IMG/VR virus record: IMGVR_UViG_3300015610_000750
Coordinates: 39,140-103,139 of that record
DNA length: 64,000 nucleotides
Strand: one strand, 5' to 3'
Source: a virus
Taxonomy: Duplodnaviria; Caudoviricetes
Part shown: in pieces, positions 47,397-57,970 of the stretch
How the letters are laid out: every line of letters starts with the position of its first letter
How positions within the stretch are numbered: the first letter of the stretch is position 1
The notes under the pieces: model-generated
Database searches by the model: none
What the model was told of the DNA's origin: nothing
The model's input: only the letters and a program-made list of their open reading frames with translations
Translations under genes and position numbers: made by a program

Positions 47397-49064
47397 ATGT
47401 CGCTTAAGAAAGATCTCTCCAAGTATAAACCCAGAAAAGAACAAAAAGAAGCACTCAGTTTCATTGATAATGAGTGGAGAATGAATAAGAATAATAAATT
47501 CTTTCTACTCAATTTACCCGTTGGTACCGGTAAATCACATTTAGCACTAATGATAGCAGATTGGTATCAAAAAAATGTAAATAGATTAGGTAAGATTGAT
47601 ATAATCACCAATAGTAAAATATTACAAGATCAATACGCTGATACTTATAGTTCAATAAATGACCTAAAAGGTAAAGAGAACTATGAGTGTGAAACTTATT
47701 CTTGTTCTTGTGCTCAGGGTTCCGAATTTAATAGACTGAATAAGACAAGTTGTGAATCTTGTCCATATAACTCAGCCAGAGAATCATTCATTAGTGGTAA
47801 TATCTCACTGACGAATTTCTATCTTTATATTCTATATGCCATTTACAATCCAAAATTACTAGAATCAAGAGGTGCTAATGTTTTGATAGTTGATGAGTCA
47901 CACGAATTTGATGATGTTATGTCTGACTTTATATCTATTAAGATAACAGAGAATACAATAAAACGTCTCAAATTTACAAATGAGTATGAGATTATTAAAC
48001 GATTGAAGTCAGTATCTACGATAGCTGAATATGTATCTTATTTACAGTATTTAGTTGCTGAGATAAACGATACAATTGAGGGAATGGAGAAAGGTCTTGG
48101 TTCTCAACCGAGAAATGTTAAATCAGATAAAAGAGATTTGAAGATATCTAAACTACTAAAGTCTAAAAATTCTGATGTTAAGATAATGCAAACTGTAACT
48201 GATTTAAGACAATATCAGTTAAAGATAGATGTTTTCTTGAAAGAATATAAAGCAAATCCTAATAACTGGGTATTGGAGACTTCATACAATGAGAAACTTA
48301 AACAAAAAGAATTATCACTTGAACCAATATGGGCATATGATTACTTAGACAAGTATGTATTTAGTCATTATGATATGGTTGTATTGATGTCTGGTACTAT
48401 TCTAGATAAGAACTTATTCTGTATGTTAAATGGTCTTGATGTTACTAAGGCAGTTTATTATTCGATAAGATCACCTTTCCCACTTAAGAATAGACCTATT
48501 TACTACATGCCAGTTGGTAAGATGACATATAAGAATAAGGAAGAAGCATTTAAGAGGTATGTTCCATATATTCAAAAGCTATTAGCTAAATATAAGAATC
48601 ATAAAGGTATAATACATACAAACTCATTTGAACTCGCTAATTGGATAAAGGATAAAGTCAAAGACCCAAGACTTATATTCCATGATTCATCCAATAAAGA
48701 TGAGATGTTGAAATTACATTTTGAATCTGAGGAACCAACGGTTATTGTTAGTCCGAGTATGGATACTGGTGTTTCTTTTGATCATGATAAAAGTAGATTT
48801 CAGATAATTGCTAAAGTCCCATATCCATCACTTGGTTCACAAAAGAATAAACTGAGACAGAAAAATAATCCTGAGTGGTATCAATGGAAAACTGTTACTG
48901 GTATTGTTCAAATGACTGGTAGATCTGTTAGGTCAGATACAGATTGGGCAGATACTATAATAATTGATGGATGTTTTAGTGATGTGATTAGACATAGCGG
49001 GCATTATATTCCAGATTGGATACAAGAAGCTATAAAACGTATTAATATAAAAGAAAGTGCATAA
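47397..49064 (+). CDS. DinG/XPD-family helicase
   Basis: PRKEQ, LPVGTGKS, LQDQY, KGKENYEC with Cys cluster, VDESH, MSGT, KVPYP, QMTGRSVRS..D. Confidence 0.9.
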   Translation: MSLKKDLSKYKPRKEQKEALSFIDNEWRMNKNNKFFLLNLPVGTGKSHLALMIADWYQKNVNRLGKIDIITNSKILQDQYADTYSSINDLKGKENYECETYSCSCAQGSEFNRLNKTSCESCPYNSARESFISGNISLTNFYLYILYAIYNPKLLESRGANVLIVDESHEFDDVMSDFISIKITENTIKRLKFTNEYEIIKRLKSVSTIAEYVSYLQYLVAEINDTIEGMEKGLGSQPRNVKSDKRDLKISKLLKSKNSDVKIMQTVTDLRQYQLKIDVFLKEYKANPNNWVLETSYNEKLKQKELSLEPIWAYDYLDKYVFSHYDMVVLMSGTILDKNLFCMLNGLDVTKAVYYSIRSPFPLKNRPIYYMPVGKMTYKNKEEAFKRYVPYIQKLLAKYKNHKGIIHTNSFELANWIKDKVKDPRLIFHDSSNKDEMLKLHFESEEPTVIVSPSMDTGVSFDHDKSRFQIIAKVPYPSLGSQKNKLRQKNNPEWYQWKTVTGIVQMTGRSVRSDTDWADTIIIDGCFSDVIRHSGHYIPDWIQEAIKRINIKESA

Positions 49065-49091
49065 AAAAAACCCACCGTTTGGTGGGTTTTT
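49063..49091. terminator. Bidirectional intrinsic terminator
   Basis: AAAAAAACCCACC-GTTT-GGTGGGTTTTT. Confidence 0.85.
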
Positions 49092-49094
49092 GTT

Positions 49095-49484
49095 TTATTT
49101 CTTTTTAGATTTCTCAATTGCTTTTCCTCTAGCTTTTTCGTACCCAGAGATTTTCTTGTCTTTGTTTAAATCAGCCTTTTTTGGATTTTTTAATCCAGAA
49201 TCCTTAAATGATAAAAATTTCTTTCTTTCGATAACTTCGTCACCCCATACTTTTCTTCTGTGTATGTGTTCTTCCTCTTCATCTTCCTCATCTTCCATTT
49301 CTTCATCTTCATGAAACTCTGCTTCTAATCCATCTTCTTCCTCTTCTTCCATTTCATCTTCTTCTTCCTCCATCTCATCTTCTTTCTTTATGTGAGTAAG
49401 CCAATCTTGTTCGTCAGAATCTACGTCTGAGAATCTACCCATATCATCTTGGGCGAAGTTTTCAAATCTTTTAAGGTGTTTCAT
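49095..49484 (-). CDS. Highly acidic CTS-bearing protein
   Basis: MKHLKRFENF start, poly-E centre, ADLNKDKKISGYEKARG EF-hand-like tail. Confidence 0.65.
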   Translation of the reverse strand: MKHLKRFENFAQDDMGRFSDVDSDEQDWLTHIKKEDEMEEEEDEMEEEEEDGLEAEFHEDEEMEDEEDEEEEHIHRRKVWGDEVIERKKFLSFKDSGLKNPKKADLNKDKKISGYEKARGKAIEKSKKK

Positions 49485-49556
49485 TTTTATAGGATTATTT
49501 TTATTAACATATATATTATTGTTTAAACTCCAAAATCACTATTTTATATATACTTT

Positions 49557-50837
49557 ATGAAAATTTTTAACTATTCTGACTTTATTTTTGAATCATCGGA
49601 TGTTACTTTTCCATTTTTTTACTCAAAAGCATTTGAGGAAAATTTAAGCAGAATAGATTCTCCTATCTCAGATATAATACTTGATATGAAACTAACACCA
49701 ACTAAAATATCAATGATAGATATTGGTAGTGCTGATGATACTGTTAGATTTGTTCAGTCAAATAGACTTGTTGATTATTTTGATAGCAATGATAAGGAAA
49801 AATGGTATAAATTTCTTAGAAGTATAAAGTCAACTGATGAAATTTGGACGAAGAATAGTTCCGAGATGAAGATTGGTAGATTTATTAGGAGAGTTGTTGG
49901 TGGTGATATTAAAGACTCAGAGATAGAAGAGTTTGTTAATAAGTGGAAGTCTATAAAAGAAGGTGGTATGTTTGAACTATGGGATTCATCCATGATAGAA
50001 GATGCTTACAATTCGACTAAATATTCACAAAATGGACCATCAAGTAACCCACTTATTAACTCTTGTATGAATGACCAATTTGAATTTGTATCATATTACA
50101 AATACTCCAGTGCTAAAGTGTTAGTGTTATTGGACGATGATGGTTACATTTCTGGTAGAGCTCTTGTTTGGACTGACCATATGGGTAAAAAGATAATGGA
50201 TAGGGTTTATTATATATGGGATAGTGATTATCACAAATTTACATCCTATGCAATGAAGAAAGGGTGGTATTATAAGACCAGAAATATTAGTGGTGGTTCA
50301 TCTTTCACAAATAAAGAAGGTAAACAGGTATCTCTGCATTCTAAAGTTAAGGTTCCAAACTGCTGGAATATGATGGATTATAATGAATTTCCTTATATGG
50401 ATACATTTTACTACACAACTGGAGAAGTTGCTATGAATTATGAACCTGATGGTGAATATCTTAAACTACAAGATACTGATGGTGGTTATGAACATCAAAC
50501 AAATTTATATGATATTCATGGAAACCACATCTCTGATATGGATGACTATGTTGAGTCTGAAACACAGGGAGGATATCTTTACATACCTACTGCGGTTCAT
50601 GTTAGATATGATGGTGGTGGATATAGTGGGTACGAACTTGATGATTATATTGAAAAGGATTACTTAGAAAATCCTAAAAATGGATTTGTTAAGGCGATAG
50701 ATGGTAAATGGTATAGAGAAACACATTGTGTTTGGTCTGATAAGGAAAATTCTTGGATATTTAGACCTGATGCTATTTATGATAAGGGTGATTGGATTTG
50801 GTGGGACAATTTTCACCCAGGAGGAAATAATATATAG
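49557..50837 (+). CDS. CTS-bearing paralog of 43032..44558
   Basis: MKIFNYSDFIFES; KIGRF..EIEEFVN, NSCM, GRALVW, MDRVY, FPYMDTF. Confidence 0.7.
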   Translation: MKIFNYSDFIFESSDVTFPFFYSKAFEENLSRIDSPISDIILDMKLTPTKISMIDIGSADDTVRFVQSNRLVDYFDSNDKEKWYKFLRSIKSTDEIWTKNSSEMKIGRFIRRVVGGDIKDSEIEEFVNKWKSIKEGGMFELWDSSMIEDAYNSTKYSQNGPSSNPLINSCMNDQFEFVSYYKYSSAKVLVLLDDDGYISGRALVWTDHMGKKIMDRVYYIWDSDYHKFTSYAMKKGWYYKTRNISGGSSFTNKEGKQVSLHSKVKVPNCWNMMDYNEFPYMDTFYYTTGEVAMNYEPDGEYLKLQDTDGGYEHQTNLYDIHGNHISDMDDYVESETQGGYLYIPTAVHVRYDGGGYSGYELDDYIEKDYLENPKNGFVKAIDGKWYRETHCVWSDKENSWIFRPDAIYDKGDWIWWDNFHPGGNNI

Positions 50838-50840
50838 TAT

Positions 50841-51617
50841 ATGAAGATTCAAAGATTTAACGAACATTCTAATCAATCATCAATGTTAGATGATTTCATA
50901 AACTCACTTGGTCCTATTATTACTGAATCTAGTAAGGAAAACAAATACAAAGAATTTGAAGGTAAAATTATTAAAGATTTGAAATTAAATCTTAGTATAG
51001 TTGGTACTTTCGGTGCTGGACTTGGTGCTTTATATCCAATAGTTGAGAAGCTCGTTAAAAACATGCAACTAAATATTGAGTTGACTCCTGATAGAGTTGT
51101 TTTACTAACAGTTGCTGCTTTCTCTATTGTATATCTTGAAGAGAAAAAAGCTAAGATGAATCCTAAACAAGAAGAATCACTTAGAAAAGATTGTAAATCA
51201 ATGTTAGAGGAATTGAAGATGGCTGGTATCGGAAACGGTATAGTTAAAAAATTGACTGATGGATTCAAATCTATAACTAATATATTTAAGACTATCGCTA
51301 AACACACTGGTGCTATCGTTGGTGGATTTATTGATATGTTTGCTTATGCTGCCTTGAGTATTCCAGTACTTAATGGTGTAATGGCAATTATTGGTAAATA
51401 TGATCTAAACTTAGACTCTCTTATTACCAATTTTATGGGACTTGCTGTTGGTGTTGGTTCATTAATTGCTAAACATGGTATAGCTGATATAATTAATCGA
51501 ATTAAAGGTATCAACAAGAAGAAAGTCGTTGATGAGATTGAGACACCAGTTATTCAGAAATTCGGAGATGCCGAAGTGGATCAAAAAGAGGGAGAATTGA
51601 TCCGTGAAGATCAATAA
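50841..51617 (+). CDS. CTS-bearing protein with hydrophobic helices
   Basis: MKIQRFNE; several G/A-rich hydrophobic segments. Confidence 0.6.
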   Translation: MKIQRFNEHSNQSSMLDDFINSLGPIITESSKENKYKEFEGKIIKDLKLNLSIVGTFGAGLGALYPIVEKLVKNMQLNIELTPDRVVLLTVAAFSIVYLEEKKAKMNPKQEESLRKDCKSMLEELKMAGIGNGIVKKLTDGFKSITNIFKTIAKHTGAIVGGFIDMFAYAALSIPVLNGVMAIIGKYDLNLDSLITNFMGLAVGVGSLIAKHGIADIINRIKGINKKKVVDEIETPVIQKFGDAEVDQKEGELIREDQ

Positions 51618-51715
51618 TATCCAAGAACTTTGTGATTATTTTACTATTGATATGGATATATCTATAAACTTAGCTATGTCAATTTATATAATATAAAAAG
51701 TGAAGTAAAATTAAT

Positions 51716-53050
51716 ATGACTCCACAATTAGAGAAGGTATTTTTAAATTACATATTAAAGACAAAGAAATATTTTGAATTAGTAAAACCATACTTTTTTA
51801 GAAACTCTGAGATACAATTTGTTTATGGAATTGTGAGGGAGTATATGTTAAAAAGTTCAGAGGCAGCAACACCCACACCACGTCAGATATTAGACATGGT
51901 ATCCTTAGAAGATAAGGATGGTATAATTACTAAAGAAATCCTAAAATCGATTTTACAAGTAGACCTAAAGGAATACGATGAAAAGAACTTCATCGAGCCT
52001 AAGTTTAATGCGTGGGTTTTATCCAACCGTTTAAAAACAGGCACTGTTGATATAATTGATGAAACTAGAAATCTTGATAACATTTCAGATTTTGAAAAAG
52101 CAGTTGAAGCAGCTGCTAAGATTAAAGGTATAGTGGATGAAATGTCCAGTACCAATTTCGTTCAGGATGATGATATGGGTTCTGATTTTGATGACCCAGA
52201 ACATCACGTCCAAGATACATCCAAATTTAAAGTTAAATCAGGGTTTGAAACAATCGACCATATGTTAGGTGGTGGATGGGATGTTCAAACACTTAATGTC
52301 ATAATGGCTGAAACTAATAATGGTAAGTCATTGTGGATGCAAAATTTTGCAGTTAAGGCTGCTGATATGGGATATAATGTACTATATGTTACCCTTGAGA
52401 TGAGTGAAAGAAAAGTCATGAAGAGAATGGGTGCTATGAGACTTAGAATACCTATAAATGAATATGATAAATACTCAAAAGACTCTGATTATATAAAGAA
52501 GAGAATAGAGTCATTAAAAAATTCATCTGATGTAGGTGGTGATTTATTTACTAAGAAAGTTGGTAAGATAATTGCTAAATTCTGGGCAGCTGGTACGGCA
52601 ACTGTTTCAGACATTGATAACTATATTCAGAAATTAAAAGAGAAAAAAGATATTAAAATTGATTTAGTTATTGTAGACTATATCACATTAATAGCATCTG
52701 CTAAAGGTTCTGCTACTGATAGTCTTTATGTTAAAGGTAAACATTTATCAGAAGGTTTAAGAGCTGTTGGTGCTAAATTTAAGTGTCCGGTCATTACTGG
52801 TGTTCAAGTTGCAAAAGATGCTTGGAACTCATCTGATATAACATTAGAGAGTGTTCCTGAGTCAAAGGCGATTGCAGAGACAGCTGATACTTTCTTTGCC
52901 ATTATTAGAACAGAAGAAATGAAAAGACAAAACTTATATAGATTTAAGTTGTTAAAGCAAAGAGATGGTGATTTTTTAAAATCACAAATTAAATTAAACC
53001 TCAATCCAACATACTTGACATTGGAAAATGATCAATTTTTGGATGCTTAA
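51716..53050 (+). CDS. Replicative helicase (gp41/DnaB-like)
   Basis: SGFETIDHMLGGG, AETNNGKS, VTLEMSE, DLVIVDYI, SEGLRA, ESKAIAETAD, LKQR. Confidence 0.9.
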   Translation: MTPQLEKVFLNYILKTKKYFELVKPYFFRNSEIQFVYGIVREYMLKSSEAATPTPRQILDMVSLEDKDGIITKEILKSILQVDLKEYDEKNFIEPKFNAWVLSNRLKTGTVDIIDETRNLDNISDFEKAVEAAAKIKGIVDEMSSTNFVQDDDMGSDFDDPEHHVQDTSKFKVKSGFETIDHMLGGGWDVQTLNVIMAETNNGKSLWMQNFAVKAADMGYNVLYVTLEMSERKVMKRMGAMRLRIPINEYDKYSKDSDYIKKRIESLKNSSDVGGDLFTKKVGKIIAKFWAAGTATVSDIDNYIQKLKEKKDIKIDLVIVDYITLIASAKGSATDSLYVKGKHLSEGLRAVGAKFKCPVITGVQVAKDAWNSSDITLESVPESKAIAETADTFFAIIRTEEMKRQNLYRFKLLKQRDGDFLKSQIKLNLNPTYLTLENDQFLDA

Positions 53051-53096
53051 AACAAAGATTATTTATATAATATAAAATAAAAAATAAAATCTCTCT

Positions 53097-54071
53097 ATGA
53101 GCAAAAAGAAAGTTAGAGATGAAGAAGAACTTGACGAAGAGTTAGAACAAGAGAATGATGATAGTGAATCAAATGATTCATATCAGGATGACGATTCGGA
53201 TGATGATTCTTCGGATGAAGAAATATCTGATAGTAAAATATCAGACGATGATGATAATATTGAGTTGGTTATTGAGATCGATGAAGATGATCTTGATATA
53301 ATGAGTGGTGATGTAGAAGAGTCGAAAGAAACCAAGTCCGAAGAAGAAGAGGATATTGTTTTATCTAAGCACAAGATACAGGGAAAGCACTCTCTTAAAT
53401 ATGACTCCATTTTCAAAGGTAAAAAAGAAGATCCTTTAGATGAGGATGATTTAGATGGTACATCTATGTACTATAAAGAATCAATTGAGGTTGATAAGGC
53501 ATCCAATTACTATTTTGAATCTATTGATAATGAACAGTACATAAGAGCTAAATTAGTTAAGGAGAGGGTTTATGCAGTATTGAGTGAAAATACAAATCTT
53601 AATTTCCTTAACAATAGAAGAAAGCCATCAAGAGTTGACTTCAATAACTATTATATGTTATTGAGAGCTAATCTTAAAGATGAGAGCTTTACTAATGTTG
53701 AACTATTCAACGAATTGGCTGTTTATTTTTCAGATAACTTATTTAATATGTTTAAGTTATTAGATAACAAATGGAGAAACTTGATAATAACAGAATTACA
53801 GGATCATATAGGTAAATCCAAAAATGATAAAGAGATTAGAAATAGAAATATTTATATCTCCACTGAATTAGAATTTACTTGGGTTGATGAGTTTGGGGAT
53901 GAGAAGATAATAACAGGAGTTGTTGTTGATTGTGATTATGAAAATTCAAAATTTAAAGTAGACTCTTATGAGAATATTTATGAGATTGATCTTATTCATA
54001 TTACGAAGATCCTTAACAATTCTAAGTTTAAGTATAATCTTAATAAGCTAAATAATATTGATTTTTTATAA
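53097..54071 (+). CDS. Hypothetical protein with a long acidic N-terminus
   Basis: D/E-rich first ~85 aa. Confidence 0.6.
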   Translation: MSKKKVRDEEELDEELEQENDDSESNDSYQDDDSDDDSSDEEISDSKISDDDDNIELVIEIDEDDLDIMSGDVEESKETKSEEEEDIVLSKHKIQGKHSLKYDSIFKGKKEDPLDEDDLDGTSMYYKESIEVDKASNYYFESIDNEQYIRAKLVKERVYAVLSENTNLNFLNNRRKPSRVDFNNYYMLLRANLKDESFTNVELFNELAVYFSDNLFNMFKLLDNKWRNLIITELQDHIGKSKNDKEIRNRNIYISTELEFTWVDEFGDEKIITGVVVDCDYENSKFKVDSYENIYEIDLIHITKILNNSKFKYNLNKLNNIDFL

Positions 54072-54167
54072 TTTTTTTGGGGAATTGAAAATTTTACAAA
54101 AAATTAAGATCTAATTCCAATTATTAAAAATTGATTCAATATATAAACATACAAAAAAAATTAGAGA

Positions 54168-56720
54168 ATGAGCATGATAAAAGTAACAAAGCGAAACGGC
54201 AAAAAAGAGCCATTAATGTTAGATAAAATATTAGACAGGATTAACCAGCAAACATATGGTTTAGACCAAAAGTGGATAATTCCATTTGAGATAGCTCAAA
54301 AAGTTATCGAAGGTATTACACCAGATATAAAAACTTCAGTTCTTGATCAGTTAGCTATGGAAACAGCGGCTGCTTTAACTACAAAACACCCAGATTACGC
54401 TGTTTTAGCGGCTAGATTGGCAATTACAAACTTACATAAAGAAACAAAAAAGAGTTTCTCAGAAACAGTTGAGGACTTACATAACTATATCGATCCAAAG
54501 ACAGGTAGACCTTCTCCGATCGTATCAGAGAAATTTTACTCAATAGTGAAAAAGCACGCAGATGAACTTGATTCATCTATCGTTCACTCTAGAGACCATA
54601 ACTTTGACTATTTTGGTTTTAAAACACTTGAGAAATCATATCTTTTAAAATTAAACGGTAAAGTTGCTGAAAGACCTCAATATATGTATATGAGAACGGC
54701 ACTTCAAATCTGGGGAGAGAATATTGAAAAAGTAAGAGAGACATACAATTTACTATCAGAAGGATATTATACACATGCTACTCCAACTTTATTTAACTCT
54801 GGTACAACTAGACCACAATTATCATCTTGTTTCCTATTAGATGTTGAGAGTGATTCAATTGAAGGTATCTTTAATACATTGAAAGAATCAGCTCAAATTT
54901 CAAAGAATGCTGGTGGAATTGGTATTTCTTTTGGTAAAGTAAGAGCTAAGGGTACTTATATTGCTGGTACAAATGGTACATCAAATGGTATTATTCCATT
55001 TTTGAAAATATACAATGAAACTGCTAGAGCAGTTGACCAAGGTGGTGGTAAACGTAAAGGATCTATCGCTATCTATATGGAACCTTGGCATGCTGATATA
55101 TTTGAATTCCTAGACTTACGTAAGAATCAAGGTAAGGATGAGTTAAGAGCGAGAGACCTTTTCTTAGCTATGTGGATGAATGATTTATTCATGGAGAGAG
55201 TTGAACTTGACGAAGATTGGTCATTGATGTGTCCACATGAGTGTGAAGGATTAACAGAAACTTATGGATCTGAATTCAAAGAATTATACTTGAAGTATGA
55301 GAAAGAAGGTAGAGTTAAGAAAACTGTTAAAGCTAGAGAGGTTTGGAATAAAATTCTTGAATCACAAATTGAAACAGGTACTCCTTATATCCTTTACAAG
55401 GACTCTATAAATGAGAAGTCAAATCAATCAAATATCGGTGTTGTTAGATCTTCTAACCTATGTGCTGAGATTGTTGAGGCAACTGGTGTTACTAAAGTTC
55501 AGAAAGATATTTTACAAAATAAAGAATTACTTGATAAATTAGGATTATCAGAATTTTATGGTGAAGACTCTGTTAATGAAACAGCTGTTTGTAACTTAGC
55601 ATCTATTGCTCTTCCTAAGTTTATTAATAAGAATAAGACTTATAATCACAATAAATTATATGAAGTTGCTTATAACGCTATTATCAATTTGAACAATGTT
55701 ATTGATGTGAATTATTACCCATCAAGAGCTGCTAAGTTCTCTAACTTATTGCACAGACCTGTTGGTTTAGGTGTTCAAGGATTGGCTGACGTATTCTTCG
55801 CAACTGGTCTTTCTTATGAGTCAGAAGAAGCTAAACAGTTAAATAAAGAGATATTTGAGACAATCTATTATGCGGCTATGAGAGCATCTTGTGATTTAGC
55901 TAAAGAACAAGGTACTTATGCTACTTATAAAGATTCTCCTATTTCTCAAGGTAAATTCCAATTTGACCTTTGGGGTGTTAAAACATCTAAGAGATGGGAT
56001 TGGGATAAATTAAGAGAAGATATTAAGAAGTATGGTGTTAGAAACTCATTGACAACTTGTATTATGCCTACCGCATCTACAGCTTCTATCTTAGGAAACG
56101 AAGCATCTTGTGAAGCTCAAACTTCTAATATGTATACTAGACGTGTTTTATCTGGTGAGTTTATACTTGTTAACAAATATCTTGTTAAGGAATTAGTTAA
56201 GTTAGGTATTTGGAACGACAATCTTAGAAAGAAGATTATCGCTGAGAACGGTTCAGTTCAAAACATACCAGAAATTCCAACTAATTTGAAAGAGATTTTC
56301 AAAACAGTTTATGAAATTAAACAAAAGGATGTTATAGAGATGTCTGCTGATAGAGGAGCGTTTATCGATCAAACTCAATCAATGAATATCTTTATGGATT
56401 CACCTAACTTTGCAAAGTTAACATCGATGCATTTTTATGGTTGGGGTAGAAGAAACTTCATAAATGGGGCTGATGGTAATCCAGTTATTCCACAAGGTGA
56501 GAATGTCGAAGTTATCTATGATAAAGATGGTAAGCCAAGATGTTACAGAGATAAGAGATACGCATTAAAAACTGGTATCTATTATTTGAGAAATAAATCT
56601 GCTACTGATGCTGTTAAGTTCACTATACAAGAAGAGAACAAGAAAAGTGTAGAAGAACAAATGGCTGAAATCTCGTGTAGTTTAGATTCACCGGAGGATT
56701 GCCAAATGTGTGGATCTTGA
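54168..56720 (+). CDS. nrdA: Ribonucleotide reductase class Ia alpha subunit with ATP cone
   Basis: VTKRNG ATP cone, ERPQ, ATPTLFN, SSCF, DQGGGKRKG, SNLCAEI, VCNLAS, MPTAST, C-terminal CxxC. Confidence 0.96.
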   Translation: MSMIKVTKRNGKKEPLMLDKILDRINQQTYGLDQKWIIPFEIAQKVIEGITPDIKTSVLDQLAMETAAALTTKHPDYAVLAARLAITNLHKETKKSFSETVEDLHNYIDPKTGRPSPIVSEKFYSIVKKHADELDSSIVHSRDHNFDYFGFKTLEKSYLLKLNGKVAERPQYMYMRTALQIWGENIEKVRETYNLLSEGYYTHATPTLFNSGTTRPQLSSCFLLDVESDSIEGIFNTLKESAQISKNAGGIGISFGKVRAKGTYIAGTNGTSNGIIPFLKIYNETARAVDQGGGKRKGSIAIYMEPWHADIFEFLDLRKNQGKDELRARDLFLAMWMNDLFMERVELDEDWSLMCPHECEGLTETYGSEFKELYLKYEKEGRVKKTVKAREVWNKILESQIETGTPYILYKDSINEKSNQSNIGVVRSSNLCAEIVEATGVTKVQKDILQNKELLDKLGLSEFYGEDSVNETAVCNLASIALPKFINKNKTYNHNKLYEVAYNAIINLNNVIDVNYYPSRAAKFSNLLHRPVGLGVQGLADVFFATGLSYESEEAKQLNKEIFETIYYAAMRASCDLAKEQGTYATYKDSPISQGKFQFDLWGVKTSKRWDWDKLREDIKKYGVRNSLTTCIMPTASTASILGNEASCEAQTSNMYTRRVLSGEFILVNKYLVKELVKLGIWNDNLRKKIIAENGSVQNIPEIPTNLKEIFKTVYEIKQKDVIEMSADRGAFIDQTQSMNIFMDSPNFAKLTSMHFYGWGRRNFINGADGNPVIPQGENVEVIYDKDGKPRCYRDKRYALKTGIYYLRNKSATDAVKFTIQEENKKSVEEQMAEISCSLDSPEDCQMCGS

Positions 56721-56785
56721 TAATCCTGATAATTGTATTTTTTGAGGGACATAACATAATTTAATATATAAAAGAAAACATTTTT

Positions 56786-57835
56786 ATGTATTATATTTAT
56801 GTGTATTTAGACACTAGAAAAAAAGGTTCATATTCATTTGGAGATTTCCATTTTGAATATGAACCTTTTTATATTGGTAAAGGTATCAATGATAGATATC
56901 TAACACATCTTAGGGTTGCGAATGGAAGTAGAAAAGGAAAAAACAATCTAATAGTAACTAGAATAAAAAGTATTCTAAATGATGGTTTTGAACCAATTAT
57001 AGTTAAGGTAATTGAGGGATTAACAAAAGAAAACTATGACAGTTATGAAATATCAACGATTAAACTAATTGGGAAATCTTGTGATGGTTCAGGACCTCTT
57101 TTAAATACAACTGATGGTGGTGATGGTGGGATAACTTGGATTGGAGATCATCACAATAAAGGGAAAAAACTAGAAGAGATTGTTGGTGAGGAAAAGGCAA
57201 CTGAGTTGAAACAAAAATTATCAGAACAAGCATCTAAAAGAGTTGGTGAATTGAATCCTAATTTTGGTAATAAGGGAGAGTTAAATCCAATATTTGGTAG
57301 AAATCACACAAATGATGAATTGAGTAAGATGAGTATTTCAGCACTAGAACAATTTTCAAGTTATACAAAGGAACATATAGATTTCATTGTTAAAAGAATG
57401 AATGATGGTAGAGATAATATTTCTGATGAAATTAAACAAAAATGGTATGAGAATCGTTCTATTCTAATGAAGAATAAATATAATAATGGTGAATTATTCT
57501 CTGACGAACACAGAAAAAAATTAAAAGATACTAATTATAAAAAGTTAAATAAGGGATCTGAAAAGTTAAAATTATCCGAAGAGACTAAAAGAAAATTATC
57601 TGATAGTCTAAAAAATAGAGTATTTACTTTAGAGCATAGAGAGAAACTAAGGAAGTGTATATCATATGATGAGTTTGAATTGGTTATAGTTGAGTTAGCT
57701 AAGAATGGTATTGTTAAAACGATAACATCTTATCGAAAATATGCTAAGGATAATCCTGATTTAAAATATCCTATAAGGCCTGAAAAATCATATAAGAATG
57801 ATGGGTGGTCTGGTTGGAGAAAATATGGTTTGTAA
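56786..57835 (+). CDS. Free-standing GIY-YIG homing endonuclease with NUMOD3 repeats
   Basis: YYIYVY...FYIGKG..R, LLNTTDGGDG, GELNPNFG, LSEETKRKLS; directly after nrdA. Confidence 0.82.
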   Translation: MYYIYVYLDTRKKGSYSFGDFHFEYEPFYIGKGINDRYLTHLRVANGSRKGKNNLIVTRIKSILNDGFEPIIVKVIEGLTKENYDSYEISTIKLIGKSCDGSGPLLNTTDGGDGGITWIGDHHNKGKKLEEIVGEEKATELKQKLSEQASKRVGELNPNFGNKGELNPIFGRNHTNDELSKMSISALEQFSSYTKEHIDFIVKRMNDGRDNISDEIKQKWYENRSILMKNKYNNGELFSDEHRKKLKDTNYKKLNKGSEKLKLSEETKRKLSDSLKNRVFTLEHREKLRKCISYDEFELVIVELAKNGIVKTITSYRKYAKDNPDLKYPIRPEKSYKNDGWSGWRKYGL

Positions 57836-57838
57836 ACC

Positions 57839-57889
57839 TATAAAAAATCCACCTCTGAAAAAAACGAAATTTTAGAGGTTGATATATAC
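57839..57889 (+). promoter_or_regulatory. TATAAAAAATCCACC box plus late promoter upstream of a non-coding region
   Basis: Exact 15-mer; ATATATAC 43 nt downstream. Confidence 0.65.
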
Positions 57890-57970
57890 TAAACAAATTA
57901 AGAAAAATAAAAAAATTAAAAACTTTTTGAAACTTTTTATTTTTTTATTATATATAATATATATTAAAAT

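Noticed and set aside
54168-56720. Intein or intron in nrdA
   Set aside because: The two insertions are only about 35-40 aa and lack intein terminal motifs; the endonuclease lies after the stop codon.
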